IMG/VR virus record: IMGVR_UViG_3300019766_000001
Location: 1 to 55,858 of that record
Origin: a virus
Lineage: Duplodnaviria; Caudoviricetes
Length of the DNA: 55,858 nucleotides
Strand: one strand, 5' to 3'
Shown here: in pieces, positions 18,266-28,462 of the stretch
How positions within the stretch are numbered: position 1 is the first letter of the stretch
How the letters are laid out: every line of letters starts with the position of its first letter
Made by a program: the position numbers and the translations under genes
The notes under the pieces: generated by a model
Told to the model about the DNA's origin: nothing
What the model saw: the letters and a program-made list of their open reading frames with translations, nothing else
Databases searched by the model: none

Positions 18266-19240
18266 ATGAACCGGTTCAGCGAAGAGTTAAAGCAGATTGT
18301 ACGGGATACTAAAGGGGTTTGGGCAGACGACTCTAAAGAGGTGTGTTTATTGTGGCTTGGTGTAAGCGTCGTTGAATGGCTGCCAGAAGAGGAGGTTTGT
18401 AAGCGTGGCTATGTCGAATATTACAGTCGCCCAGAATACGAGCGCTGCTTGATGCATATGACCGGAAGGCCGAAGGTTGATAGATGGAATAATAATACTC
18501 GTGAAATTAGATATACAGCTAATGGTGAGTGGCTTTCGTATGATGAAGATAGGCACGAGAACGTATTTTACGGTCAAGGTGAAAAAATGGATGGGTTTTG
18601 CATTGTCATTACCCGAGAAGAAGCCTTGGAGCGCGAACGTATTGCTTTTGGTGGTGAGAAGAAAGCGCCAATCAAGCCGGGGCAGTCTATGAAAGAAGCT
18701 TATGAGGAAAACTTTGGCTCCATGGCCAGCGGTGGGAGTATCGAGCAGGCAGAGGCGGATATAGCGGGACTGACTGTTGTTTCCGAGGGCTCTATCGGTG
18801 ATATAGGTATTGATCAGAATACGATTAGCATAGAGTTTGACGGGGCTGATGATTATCTTGAGCGTAATAATGACTGGTTCCGTAACGGTGATATGCCGCC
18901 TATTGGTGAGAAGTTAGTTGTTCTGCGTGGTAAAAAGAACAATCTAAAGCCTGTTAAAATGTCTGTTCTTAGCTCATGGTCTGGAAGTAAAAAACAGCAT
19001 TCGCGTATTTGGCTGACGGATAATGACAGCCGGTTCTGCACGGTAAAAGATGGGTCTATTTATCCGACGAATTTTAACTTTGGCCAAATGTATCTTGATG
19101 CTATCGAAGAAGATGTCATCAGAGATAAAAAGTCAGAATTATTCACTATGATTATGGATGTGATGGCAAGCGAGGAGTATTTTGATGCAGAGGTTCTGGC
19201 TGGTAAATTATTCGACCAAGGTTGCCGTATCGTAAAATAA
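18266..19240 (+). CDS. Hypothetical multidomain protein
   Basis: AGGGGTGAT RBS before MNRFSEEL. Confidence 0.7.
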   Translation: MNRFSEELKQIVRDTKGVWADDSKEVCLLWLGVSVVEWLPEEEVCKRGYVEYYSRPEYERCLMHMTGRPKVDRWNNNTREIRYTANGEWLSYDEDRHENVFYGQGEKMDGFCIVITREEALERERIAFGGEKKAPIKPGQSMKEAYEENFGSMASGGSIEQAEADIAGLTVVSEGSIGDIGIDQNTISIEFDGADDYLERNNDWFRNGDMPPIGEKLVVLRGKKNNLKPVKMSVLSSWSGSKKQHSRIWLTDNDSRFCTVKDGSIYPTNFNFGQMYLDAIEEDVIRDKKSELFTMIMDVMASEEYFDAEVLAGKLFDQGCRIVK

Positions 19241-19256
19241 AAGGTAAAGTAAGACT

Positions 19257-19348
19257 ATAAATCACTCTCTCGCTTGATATCTTACTCCTTTGTTGTTGAT
19301 GTGACATGTTGAAACCCGCTACCGACCCCTTACGGAAGCGGGTTTTTT
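19257..19348 (+). ncRNA. Candidate anti-Shine-Dalgarno small RNA
   Basis: TTGCCG-N17-TAAAGT promoter (19222-19250), intrinsic terminator 19312-19348, no ORF; contains ATCACTCTC, ACTCCTTT and ACCCCTTA. Confidence 0.55.
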
Positions 19349-19391
19349 AATGCCTACTATTTGATGCTACAATGCAGGTAACGCGCGGGGT

Positions 19392-19937
19392 GTGGCTATG
19401 TGGGTGCTATATAAAACACGGATCGTTAGAAAGCTAAAATCTACAGTCATCGCCATCTCTATTTATTTTATGTTGCCTGAGGTTATAGGGTTTATGTCTG
19501 ATGCTGCCGATACTATTAGGGAGATAATAGCCAACCCTAAAACCATGGGTGGTGCTGCCGGTACTGGATGGATAGCAACACTATGGGAATCTATTAACTC
19601 TGCTGCACCAGATCTATTGCTATTCCTGTCTATATTCGCAACATGCCTAACTATCTGGGCTTTTTTCAGCAATCGAAAACGGCAGAAGGCCAGAGATGCT
19701 TACGAAAAAGAGGTCAGGGATAGGGAGGAAGAGAGGAAAGAAGAGCTACACCAAAAGCAGATAAAAATATTAGAAGAGGCTGCAGCAAAAGAAAAAGCAA
19801 AGCGCGTTGAGTCAGAGAGAAAGCATGAGCTAATGGAGGAGATCAGCGTTCTGTCAAAAAAGGACATTGACCCTGTTGCCTTGGGGGAAATGATGGGAAA
19901 AGTTACTAAATTCGAGCCAAAGAAAAGAGAAGCGTGA
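19392..19937 (+). CDS. Holin-like membrane protein (alternative start at 19494)
   Basis: Hydrophobic segments (GAAGTGWIATLW; LLLFLSIFATCLTIWAFF) followed by a highly charged tail; TGCTACAAT promoter at 19365. Confidence 0.5.
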   Translation: MAMWVLYKTRIVRKLKSTVIAISIYFMLPEVIGFMSDAADTIREIIANPKTMGGAAGTGWIATLWESINSAAPDLLLFLSIFATCLTIWAFFSNRKRQKARDAYEKEVRDREEERKEELHQKQIKILEEAAAKEKAKRVESERKHELMEEISVLSKKDIDPVALGEMMGKVTKFEPKKREA

Positions 19938-19948
19938 TATAATAAATG

Positions 19949-20031
19949 TGCGGCAGGGGATTGCAAGCCCCGGTAGAGTTGAACGCCTACCAGCCGCATC
20001 CTTTCAGTTCACCTAGTTCGAGGATTCAAAG
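19949..20031 (+). promoter_or_regulatory. Structured leader RNA, copy A
   Basis: TGCGGC/GCCGCA closing stem; loop TGAAC complementary to GTTCA and GTTCG; CCT..AGG hairpin over the RBS. Confidence 0.6.
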
Positions 20032-20502
20032 ATGAAAAAGCGCAATATTTCCCGTGAGACAGAGTTAAAAGTATTACAGTTGGCGTCAACTATTTTACGG
20101 ATGCATGCAGAGATTGCAGGTGATCGCATCTGCCAAGACTGGAGCGCTGGCGATGACGTTTCCCCGCTATCGGTTCTTAGCGATCAAGAGTGTGACGACC
20201 TTGATTATAACTTCCAGATAGAAAACTCAGGCCTTGATGATTACGACCTTGATCATAATCCAATGGGCGATGAGATGTCCGCATCTTTTGTTCTTGCTGA
20301 AGCTCTGGATAATATCCGTGAAGACCTAGAATCCGAAACGCTAAGCCGGTATAAGAAAAGGATAGATCGCCTAGAGTACGGCCTTCAGCATGCTGTTGAT
20401 CAACTGATTTATAGAGATGACACTCCAGAGCAAAAGGCATACAGGGAAGGCAAGAGAATTGCTATTCAGGTGCTAAACGAAGGACTTGAGCAATCAAAAT
20501 GA
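20032..20502 (+). CDS. Hypothetical protein
   Basis: 156 aa ORF downstream of leader A. Confidence 0.75.
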   Translation: MKKRNISRETELKVLQLASTILRMHAEIAGDRICQDWSAGDDVSPLSVLSDQECDDLDYNFQIENSGLDDYDLDHNPMGDEMSASFVLAEALDNIREDLESETLSRYKKRIDRLEYGLQHAVDQLIYRDDTPEQKAYREGKRIAIQVLNEGLEQSK

Positions 20503-21603
20503 ACACTCTAACCCTATCTATCCCATACCCTACGCTAGAGCAGCTGATTAACTTTGCTGGCATGTATTCCATGTTTGTTATTTTTGGCTTGATACTTTTG
20601 GTATTGTTCGCTTTGGTTTTCGGTATAGATGATACCGTTTATGGCTTGGGTGACTTTTTGTTATGGGTATTTGGCTTGGCCGGATTTGTTGCTTTGATAC
20701 CAATATCTATGTTGCCGGTAATGAAAGATTTTGATTGGTCAAGGCGGATTGTTTACTCCATAACAACATCTTCAACTTTCGTCGTATTCTACATTTCTGC
20801 GCTATGCGGCATAATCTAGCTTTAACTGAGGGTGATGGTATGAGTAGCGAATGGATAGACTGGGAAGGCGGGCTGCCTCCAGTTGATTGTGATGTAAAGG
20901 TTGACGCTATCGAAAACACTGGGGCTATTCGTATAGCGTTTCATGCCAGTAACATCGACTGGTCAAAAGAATGTGCGAGTAAAAAGAATTATCCTATATC
21001 AAAATACCGTATCTGGATTCCAGACCCCCGCAAAGAGTGGGTAAAGATTCAGGAAGGGTGTCCGATGCCTGGAGAGGATTCTAGTTACCTATATTTGTTT
21101 GTAGATGGTGAGCAGGTGATAGGTGGGTGTGATAATGATGATGGGTGGTGGCAATGGAATCCTAATAGCCGTTACGGTAGTTTGTCTAACCCAACACACT
21201 GGCGCTACCCTCACCCTGACCCGGAGGATTGATTATGGATGGTATCGAGATTGAGGTAGTCGGAGAGCTTAACTGCTGCGAAGGCCAGAAGCTGAAGGAT
21301 GCGCTAATAGAATACGGGTTTGAAGATACTGGTGAGATGAATGAAGCTGACAGCGCGGGTATATTGGGCGTGTTGATGAAGGATTTAGATAAATTCGATC
21401 ACGGGTTTGATTTTAAGCAAGATTCCCATAACAAGATGCGAGACGACTTTATCCGACATAAGACATACGGTCGTAAGCGGTGGTAAAAGTTACACTATAA
21501 CATGCCTCGGATAACCGGGGCTTTTTTACGTCTGATTGTTTTGTGTTAAACTAAAGACTAACGCGCAGGGCGCAAAACATAAACTGCAGGGCAGTGAGTG
21601 TGT

Positions 21604-22038
21604 ATGACCACCGGAAGACCTTCGAGCTATAAAGAAGAGTTTGCTGAGCAAGCCAAGAAGCTATGTAAGCTTGGTGCTACAGATATTGATTTAGCTGATT
21701 TCTTTGAAGTTCACTTGGCAACTATTAACAGATGGAAGCACAGATATCCAGAGTTTCGCGAGTCCTTAAATGAATACAAGGTTTTTGCTAATGCTAATGT
21801 TGAGCGGTCTTTGTATCAAAGGGCCACCGGGTATGACTGCGTTGAAACCAAGGTATTCAATAATCAGGGTGAGATAGTCACTCATGATGTTATTAAGCAT
21901 TTCCCTCCAGATCCTACCTCTATGATCTTCTGGCTTAAGAATCGAGACCCTGATAACTGGCGTGACAAGCCTAATTCAGAAGGCGGTGATGATCTTGCAG
22001 AAGTAGTTTGTAAGCTGATAGATAAGCTTCCTTCATGA
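21604..22038 (+). CDS. Terminase small subunit
   Basis: GRPSSY..E..EQAKKLCKLGATD..LADFF.V...TINRWK; PPDPTSMIFWLKNR; directly upstream of TerL. Confidence 0.92.
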   Translation: MTTGRPSSYKEEFAEQAKKLCKLGATDIDLADFFEVHLATINRWKHRYPEFRESLNEYKVFANANVERSLYQRATGYDCVETKVFNNQGEIVTHDVIKHFPPDPTSMIFWLKNRDPDNWRDKPNSEGGDDLAEVVCKLIDKLPS

Positions 22039-23363
22039 GTGCTTTGGAGACTGGGAATTTCGCGTTAGATAGGCAGCTTGCTAGGTGGTATGAATTAAAA
22101 GACCATCCTGTTCAGCTTGCCTTGATTCAATCCGTTCTTGACGGCCTTAGATTCCCTCTTGTTCCCGCCGGCCGTAGATCTGGTAAAACCGAACGGTTCA
22201 AACGGTTCCTGGTTAAGCAGGCTAATCGTACACCTGGTATTTACTTTGCTGCAGCACCTACCCATGACCAGGCAAAGAAAATATTCTGGGATGATTTAAA
22301 GGCGTTATCGCTATCTGTCACCCACTCTAAGCAGCCATCTGAATCAAACCGCATTATCTTTATGAATAACGGTTCAGAGATTCATGTTATCGGGCTGGAT
22401 AAGCCGCAGCGGATAGAAGGGATTCCCTGGACGGGTGGCGGCATTGATGAGTTTGCTGATATCAAAGGACAGTCATGGGAGGCCAATATTTATCCTGCCT
22501 TGAATACGGTTAATCCAACTAGACCCGATTACCGCGCTTGGTGTTGGCTGCTTGGCGTTCCTGATGGCTTGAATCACTATTACAAGCTGTGTCAAAAGGC
22601 TAAATCTGACCCTGATTCCGGTATGAAAGTATTTCACTGGATGACTGAAGAGATATTTCCTGAAATGGCCGCAGAGGCCAGAAAGGTGATGTCTGAAAAA
22701 CAATACAATCAGGAATTCAGGGCGGCATTTGAAACCGCCTCAGGTCGTATTTATGAAGACTTCGGAGATCACAACTTAACATCGGAAGAAATACAACCTC
22801 ATGAGCAGTTAATGTGGATGCATGATCAGAACTACACGCCACTATCATCATCTGTTGGTGTTCGCCGTGGCGATGATCTTTATTTGCTTGATGAAATTGT
22901 TTTGCTTTCCGCTATTAGTCGTCAGTCTGCAATGGAGTTTGTCGACAAGTTCAAGGATCACAAAAACAAGCATGTTCTGGTTTATGGTGATCCTGCTGGC
23001 CGTGCCGGAGAAAAACATGGTCACGCATCTGACTACACCGAAATAGAGGATGTTCTTAAAGATAACGGTTGGACGTATAGCCGGAAGGTTAAGATGTCTC
23101 ACCCGTCTATCAAAGACCGTCAAAACGCAGTCAGAGCTAAGATCAAGACGGCTGACGGTAGCGTTTCTTTGTACGTAAACCCTAAGACTGCGCCATGGTC
23201 ACATGAAGGCTTGGCAACGGTTCAGCTTCAAGAGGGTTCGACGTTTCAAGAAGACCAAAAGAACGACTATCAGCATATTACAACGGCAATAGGTTACTGT
23301 ATTGATGTCGAGTGGCCGATACATAAACCATTGACCAGCATAAACGTGGAGTGGGCGAGATAA
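22035..23363 (+). CDS. Terminase large subunit
   Basis: Walker A AGRRSGKT, Walker B GGIDE, C-terminal RNase H-like domain (YGDPAG). Confidence 0.96.
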   Translation: MSALETGNFALDRQLARWYELKDHPVQLALIQSVLDGLRFPLVPAGRRSGKTERFKRFLVKQANRTPGIYFAAAPTHDQAKKIFWDDLKALSLSVTHSKQPSESNRIIFMNNGSEIHVIGLDKPQRIEGIPWTGGGIDEFADIKGQSWEANIYPALNTVNPTRPDYRAWCWLLGVPDGLNHYYKLCQKAKSDPDSGMKVFHWMTEEIFPEMAAEARKVMSEKQYNQEFRAAFETASGRIYEDFGDHNLTSEEIQPHEQLMWMHDQNYTPLSSSVGVRRGDDLYLLDEIVLLSAISRQSAMEFVDKFKDHKNKHVLVYGDPAGRAGEKHGHASDYTEIEDVLKDNGWTYSRKVKMSHPSIKDRQNAVRAKIKTADGSVSLYVNPKTAPWSHEGLATVQLQEGSTFQEDQKNDYQHITTAIGYCIDVEWPIHKPLTSINVEWAR

Positions 23364-23728
23364 TGAAGAAGATCAAAAAGAACTGGTTTAAACTGGACTG
23401 CGGCTTTTTTCCGGTAAATATACATCTAATCGGATCAGAAAAAGCGCTATACAAGTGCGCAAAAAAAGAAGGGTTCTCCGTTTCGGATTTGGGCGATACA
23501 AGCAAGGTGGATGCTTATTTTTCACAAATAGAATGCGATGACGGTCTTTATATATCGTTTATTTTCTGCCCAAAAGGGACGAGTATTGATATTCTTTTGC
23601 ACGAGATAGTTCACGCTGTTGATTATGTTTTTATGGATCTTGGTGTTGACCATTCCGCTGAAAACACAGAAACAAGGGCATATTTAACGCAGCACTTATT
23701 CAAGCAAGCGCTATCAATCGAGAATTAA
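23363..23728 (+). CDS. Hypothetical HExxH (zincin-like) protein
   Basis: LLHEIVHAV...ETRAYL. Confidence 0.6.
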   Translation: MKKIKKNWFKLDCGFFPVNIHLIGSEKALYKCAKKEGFSVSDLGDTSKVDAYFSQIECDDGLYISFIFCPKGTSIDILLHEIVHAVDYVFMDLGVDHSAENTETRAYLTQHLFKQALSIEN

Positions 23729-23731
23729 ACA

Positions 23732-24754
23732 ATGTCGGCTAACCAGCACCTAATTGAATCTCAAGTCAGGCACCAAATATTCCTGTTGCGTCGCGGCGGA
23801 GGAATGGCTAAAGATCTGGTTCCCGTGATTCAGGAGATATTGCGGAAAGTTGCCGGTGACATTGCGACCACTCCCGATCAGCTGGCACGACAGAGGGCGA
23901 TGATTCAGGAGATCGAAGCTTTCTTGTTGGCCGCTACTTCTGACTGGTCTGATGAGCTGTTGCAAGAGTCGCTTGAGCTGGCTGCTTATGAGGCAGGATT
24001 TCAGCAAACCTTATTGAATGGTGTTGCTACCGTTGATTTCGCTGCTCCTGCGGCGGTTCAGTTGGCCCAGGCTGTAGAGTTTAGCCCGTCGATACAGACG
24101 AAAGGGCAAGAAGTTAGTCTAAGGAGTGCGTTAGACCAGTACGACCGCCAGATTGTTGATATGACAATGCAGACGATTCGTGACGGTATTGTTCAGCAGA
24201 AGACTAATGCAGAGATCTCCAAAGATGTTCAGGCCATCATTCCGTTGCAAAAACAAAGGGCTGAATCACTGGTTAGGACTGCTGCCAATGCATCTGCAAA
24301 CGTGGCAAAAGAGGAATTCAATAAGCAGAATTCTGAATTCCTGAAGGGCGAACGGTTTCTTAACACCTTAGATATTCGCACGACTAAACTTTGCATTGAG
24401 GCTGGTCAAGGCGGTGTAAACGGTGACGGCATATACCCTGTCGGTGTTGGGCCTAAAGCGCCCCAGCATTATAATTGTCGTAGTCTCAGGGTGTCCGTGC
24501 TTGCCGATGAATACCAATTACCCGGCTTTGAAGGTGAGCGCCCCGCAGTTGGTGCCGATGGCCCTGGTGTGATCGGTGCCAATACCACTTATGCCGGATT
24601 CCTTCGCATGCAGCCTGTAGAGTTTCAGGACGAGGTTTTAGGCCGTGACGTTGCTAAGTTATGGAGAGCCGGAAAGATTGATTTGAAGCGATTGACCGAC
24701 CCGTTCGGGCGACCTTTGACCGCTGAAGAGCTTGAGGCATCTGCCGGAGTTTAG
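23732..24754 (+). CDS. Minor head morphogenesis protein (Mu gpF / SPP1 gp7-like)
   Basis: LVRTAAN...TLDIRTTKLC...PQHYNCRS; FQDEVLG. Confidence 0.9.
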   Translation: MSANQHLIESQVRHQIFLLRRGGGMAKDLVPVIQEILRKVAGDIATTPDQLARQRAMIQEIEAFLLAATSDWSDELLQESLELAAYEAGFQQTLLNGVATVDFAAPAAVQLAQAVEFSPSIQTKGQEVSLRSALDQYDRQIVDMTMQTIRDGIVQQKTNAEISKDVQAIIPLQKQRAESLVRTAANASANVAKEEFNKQNSEFLKGERFLNTLDIRTTKLCIEAGQGGVNGDGIYPVGVGPKAPQHYNCRSLRVSVLADEYQLPGFEGERPAVGADGPGVIGANTTYAGFLRMQPVEFQDEVLGRDVAKLWRAGKIDLKRLTDPFGRPLTAEELEASAGV

Positions 24755-24767
24755 TGTATAATGTATT

Positions 24768-24855
24768 GGCGGCTATCCCGACGGGGAGAAAGCACGGAAC
24801 GTAGACCGTGTTGCCGCTACATTTCTTCTACGCCGACTAACTACGAGGTCTGTAT
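24768..24855 (+). promoter_or_regulatory. Structured leader RNA, copy B
   Basis: GGCGGC/GCCGCT stem, TCCC-GACG-GGGA hairpin, GAAA linker, loop CGTAGA complementary to TCTACG and CTACG(AGGT). Confidence 0.65.
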
Positions 24856-25317
24856 ATGCCTTCCATCCCGTTTTTTAATTGTGATAATAAAACAAAGAAA
24901 GAAAAATCAATGCCGCCTTCATGGTTTGTTCAGAGGGCGCGTGAATACAAAGTATGGTGCAATGTAAATGTATGCAAGTCATGTGGGCGAAGGGCAAAAT
25001 ATGAGGACATGCACTCGGCTAACCCTTGCCCTGAGTGTGGCAATAAGGTCAAGGAGTTTGTCGGAAAATGGACTGGTGAATACTGGCTCATAAAAGGTGA
25101 AGATCTTTTTTTAGACGCTGAAGTTGTCACCGAAGAACCGGCTATGATAGACCTGGCTCCAGAGAGCGAACCTGAAGATAGCGTTAGGAAAGAAAGCGAA
25201 TCAAAGCATAGCTTCAGTAATAAAGAGTTGATGATAGAGTATGGCCGTATGTTTGCGTTAGGAGTTTTAGCTGGCGTTTTCACAGGATTCTATATTGCTG
25301 GATATCAGGTTTTTTAA
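24856..25317 (+). CDS. Zn-ribbon protein with C-terminal TM segment
   Basis: CKSCG...CPECG; hydrophobic C-terminus. Confidence 0.7.
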   Translation: MPSIPFFNCDNKTKKEKSMPPSWFVQRAREYKVWCNVNVCKSCGRRAKYEDMHSANPCPECGNKVKEFVGKWTGEYWLIKGEDLFLDAEVVTEEPAMIDLAPESEPEDSVRKESESKHSFSNKELMIEYGRMFALGVLAGVFTGFYIAGYQVF

Positions 25318-25333
25318 TCTGATACACTGTATT

Positions 25334-25423
25334 GGCGGCTAGGGCATGCAACCCGAAAACCCGTTACGTCTGACAGGCTTGCCGCTTCACTTCACAGACG
25401 ACAATACCAATGACGAGGTATTT
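25334..25423 (+). promoter_or_regulatory. Structured leader RNA, copy C
   Basis: GGCGGC/GCCGCT stem; loop CGTCTG complementary to CAGACG and GACG(AGGT); AATACC/GGTATT hairpin over the RBS. Confidence 0.65.
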
Positions 25424-26053
25424 ATGGTTAAGCTAATAAAAGCTGATTTTAACGGTCAGCAAATTCAGTTCAATGATTCCGGCTGGTTTAATGCCACCAA
25501 GATTGCAGAGCAGCACGGAAAGCGTTTAGATCACTTCCTTTCAAGCAAAGAAACCAAAGATTATATCGATGTTTTAAATACCCGAAATTTGGGGAGTTTA
25601 ATTCAGGCTAAAAAGGGTCGTAATGGCGGAACTTGGTTGCACCCAAAGCTTGCGGTTATGTTTGCCCGTTATGTTTCGGCAGAGTTTGCCGTGTGGTGTG
25701 ATGAGCAGATAGAAAAAATCATTCATGGTGAGGCTGATTCAATAGACTGGAAAGCAATGCGTCATGCTGCCAAGTCATCAAATAAAGTTCAGAATCAAGT
25801 CTTACAGCTAATAAGGCAGGATGCTGGTAAAGATACCAGCCATTTCCATTATGCCAATGAAGCTAAGCTAGTTAACTTTGCACTAAAAGGCGAATACAAA
25901 AGCATTGAGCGTGAATCTCTGAGTGGTAGCGAGTTAGACCTACTGGCAAAAATGGAATCACGTAACGCCGTATTGCTTGCTCGTGGCGTTGATCGTGATA
26001 CGCGCCGTGAAGTGCTTTGCTCGATGAATGAGCATTTAGGTCTGCAGGGTTGA
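25424..26053 (+). CDS. KilA-N domain protein
   Basis: GWFNATKIA...KGRNGGTWLHPKLAVMFARYVSAEFAVWCDEQI. Confidence 0.92.
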   Translation: MVKLIKADFNGQQIQFNDSGWFNATKIAEQHGKRLDHFLSSKETKDYIDVLNTRNLGSLIQAKKGRNGGTWLHPKLAVMFARYVSAEFAVWCDEQIEKIIHGEADSIDWKAMRHAAKSSNKVQNQVLQLIRQDAGKDTSHFHYANEAKLVNFALKGEYKSIERESLSGSELDLLAKMESRNAVLLARGVDRDTRREVLCSMNEHLGLQG

Positions 26054-26537
26054 TTATGGAATCTATTGTATTTTTTGCCCTTGCTAATATTTCCGCCCTG
26101 ATATCGGCGTTAGGGGTTATTTTTTCCGTGGAGATACTTTTCCATGAGGGAGTAAGATTGTTTGAACGGGCTGTTATCAACCTTCCTACCTCTCTAGCCC
26201 TGTTATTATTGTCATTTTTGACATCTGAGGTTGCTAATTATTTCTACGACAAGGCGGTGATGCTATGAGTGATTATATTTTTGCCGACTGGTTTTTTGTT
26301 TCGGGGTCGATTATCAGTTTGTTGGTATCCTTAAAGGCATTGCTGGATATAAATGATAGGCCGTTTACAGTAGTTATGATGACTTTTTTGTGTTTGATTT
26401 ACGGTGTGATTTCTGGCGATCGTTACTCTAACTGGGTTGATCACGGTTATTTTATGGTTAAAAACATTCAACAATAACGCCAAAACACTCCTATCTCGGC
26501 CTAAACCGGCTGCTTAGAAAGCACGGTATTTAACATT

Positions 26538-26561
26538 AAGCCCCTTAATTGGGGCTTTTTT
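26538..26561 (+). terminator. Intrinsic terminator
   Basis: AAGCCCC-TTAATT-GGGGCTT plus T-run. Confidence 0.8.
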
Positions 26562-26593
26562 ATGCCCGCCACCTTTGTTTAATTAAAATAATC

Positions 26594-26643
26594 GGCCTAT
26601 CTGCACTTTTTCTATTGATTCTTAGGTCTATCCGCACTATTAT
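26594..26643 (+). promoter_or_regulatory. sigma70 promoter overlapped by two direct-repeat operators
   Basis: TTGATT-N17-TATTAT; GGCCTATCTGCACT (26594) and GGTCTATCCGCACT (26625). Confidence 0.7.
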
Positions 26644-26682
26644 ATATCCATACCAACGACAAACAACAACGGAAACGCAGCC

Positions 26683-27135
26683 ATGAACGTATTTACTAAA
26701 GCTTGGGAAATCGCAAAAGAAGCAGTCATTAAGTTCGGCGGCAAGGCTTCTGAATTCTTCGCTGAAGCATTACGCATGGCATGGGTTATCAAAAAAGGTG
26801 GCAATATGAAAGGTTCGGAAAAACAGATTGCATGGGCAGAAGATATTATCAAAGACGGCCAAGCTAGATGGAATAAAGTTGCCAAAGACCAGCTTAAAAG
26901 ATATGAGGACGAGGTAGAGCATTATCTGGATGAGTCTAATGGCGAGATAGATAGATTTGTTAATCTTGCTATGAAAAAAGTTGACCGTGTTAAGGCTGTT
27001 ATTGAATTTATATTCTCCGATCACGCAGACGCAGAGCTAGCTATTGAAATGAGAGGTGTATTTCTTATCTCTAGCTGGGATGATAATGCGGTTGATGGTG
27101 CTTCAATTGAATACAGTAAAAAGGTGTCGGTATGA
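26683..27135 (+). CDS. Hypothetical protein, first gene of a putatively autoregulated small-gene operon
   Basis: AWEIAK..FGGK..EFFAEALRMAW and GSEKQIAWAEDI motifs. Confidence 0.8.
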   Translation: MNVFTKAWEIAKEAVIKFGGKASEFFAEALRMAWVIKKGGNMKGSEKQIAWAEDIIKDGQARWNKVAKDQLKRYEDEVEHYLDESNGEIDRFVNLAMKKVDRVKAVIEFIFSDHADAELAIEMRGVFLISSWDDNAVDGASIEYSKKVSV

Positions 27136-27355
27136 ATATCAAAGAATCATTCGGTAATTACACAGTAGAAGGCGTGCAAGGAAGGTTTAAAAAGGTAGAT
27201 CGGGGAGGTTTTTTTAAAATTACTCATTATGGAGGCGTGTCCGGTGCTCCTCAGTTGGTAGGTAGTGTTAGCTCTGGTGATTGGGGTAATAGAGTGCCAA
27301 ACAGGACTGCTAATCAGCAGGTGCTAGATAAAATTAAACGTTATTGCGAGGCGCT

Positions 27356-27544
27356 ATGACTCCAGCGGTAATAGCAAAGCAGGCAGGACTGAAAAGTCTT
27401 GCCGAGCTATCAGAGATAACCATGTTTAGCGTTGACTCATTAAAACGGATGTCTCAAAACCATACGAAGCGATTCAACCGGCTGTGTGAGATGGCCGTAC
27501 TGTACAAAGCACAACTAACGTCGAATACCAATAAACCGGCGTGA
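27356..27544 (+). CDS. Small HTH protein
   Basis: MTPAVIAKQAGLKSLAELSEITMFSVDSLKR HTH-like pattern. Confidence 0.6.
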   Translation: MTPAVIAKQAGLKSLAELSEITMFSVDSLKRMSQNHTKRFNRLCEMAVLYKAQLTSNTNKPA

Positions 27545-28261
27545 TGGTATGGTGTGGTGATAATGCAGTGTTATAAATATTGAGGATTTGATATGAGTTT
27601 TGTAAAAAAGTACGTGGATGCAAGACAGAAAGCCGACGAATTACGAGAAAAGGCAAACGATATTGAAAGCGCCGCAGAGAGAGACGCTGAGCTTGCACAG
27701 CTACCGGGAAATCTAAGAGAGGCTGTGCCAGAGGATATTATTGTTGGCGCTGCCATTTGGTATCCGGGGTGGCGTGAGAATGATCCAGGAAGCCGGTGCT
27801 GGAATATTGTAGATAAAGTGTTACGCCCTAACGATCCATTTAAAGCTTATTGCGCGCACGATGGGTGCAGGTACGGCTTAGACGGTGCGTTTGTAGAGCT
27901 ATAGATGTTATCGAATAGTTTAATTGTGAGGGTGATAGATGAGTAATTTATCTGAGGTGTCGGATTTTGATATAAACGAGCAAATAGCTATTCTACATGG
28001 ATCAGAAGATTATGACGGCCAGGTTAGATATGGGGCAATTTCATACACAGATAAAGACGGAGTAGATAGGTATTCAGACTGGTGCAACAACTGGGCAGAC
28101 GCAGGACATCTGATGGCTGATCTTAAAGATAGCGGATTTATGATCGTTATCGACAGCCAAGGCACAGGTATATTTGGAGAGGAGGCAGACTTTCAGTCAG
28201 AGTCAGAAAATACATGTCGAGGAATGGCAGAGTGCTACCTGATGGCTAAAGGAGTGGTGTG

Positions 28262-28462
28262 ATGGACGGCTGGATTGATTGTAATGATAGACTGCCTGAA
28301 TCAAAGAAAGGCGAATGGTCTAGGGATGTTATCGCACTGACTGATTCCGGTGATGTTTTCAGGCTGGCAATTCAAGGGGCGTATTGGTAAAGATCGGGTG
28401 ATTTTGTTCGATCTGAGTCAACGAAAGTAACTCACTGGATGCCGCTTAATTACCCTGACTAA
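28262..28462 (+). pseudogene. DUF551-like gene with a premature TAA at 28388
   Basis: MDGWIDCNDRLPE...AYW*RSG...KVTHWMPL in a single frame. Confidence 0.75.

Noticed and set aside
28388-28390. Stop-codon recoding suggested by internal stops (TAA 28388, TAG 50877)
   Set aside because: Core genes are intact in the standard code and terminate with TAA, TAG and TGA; these are isolated events.
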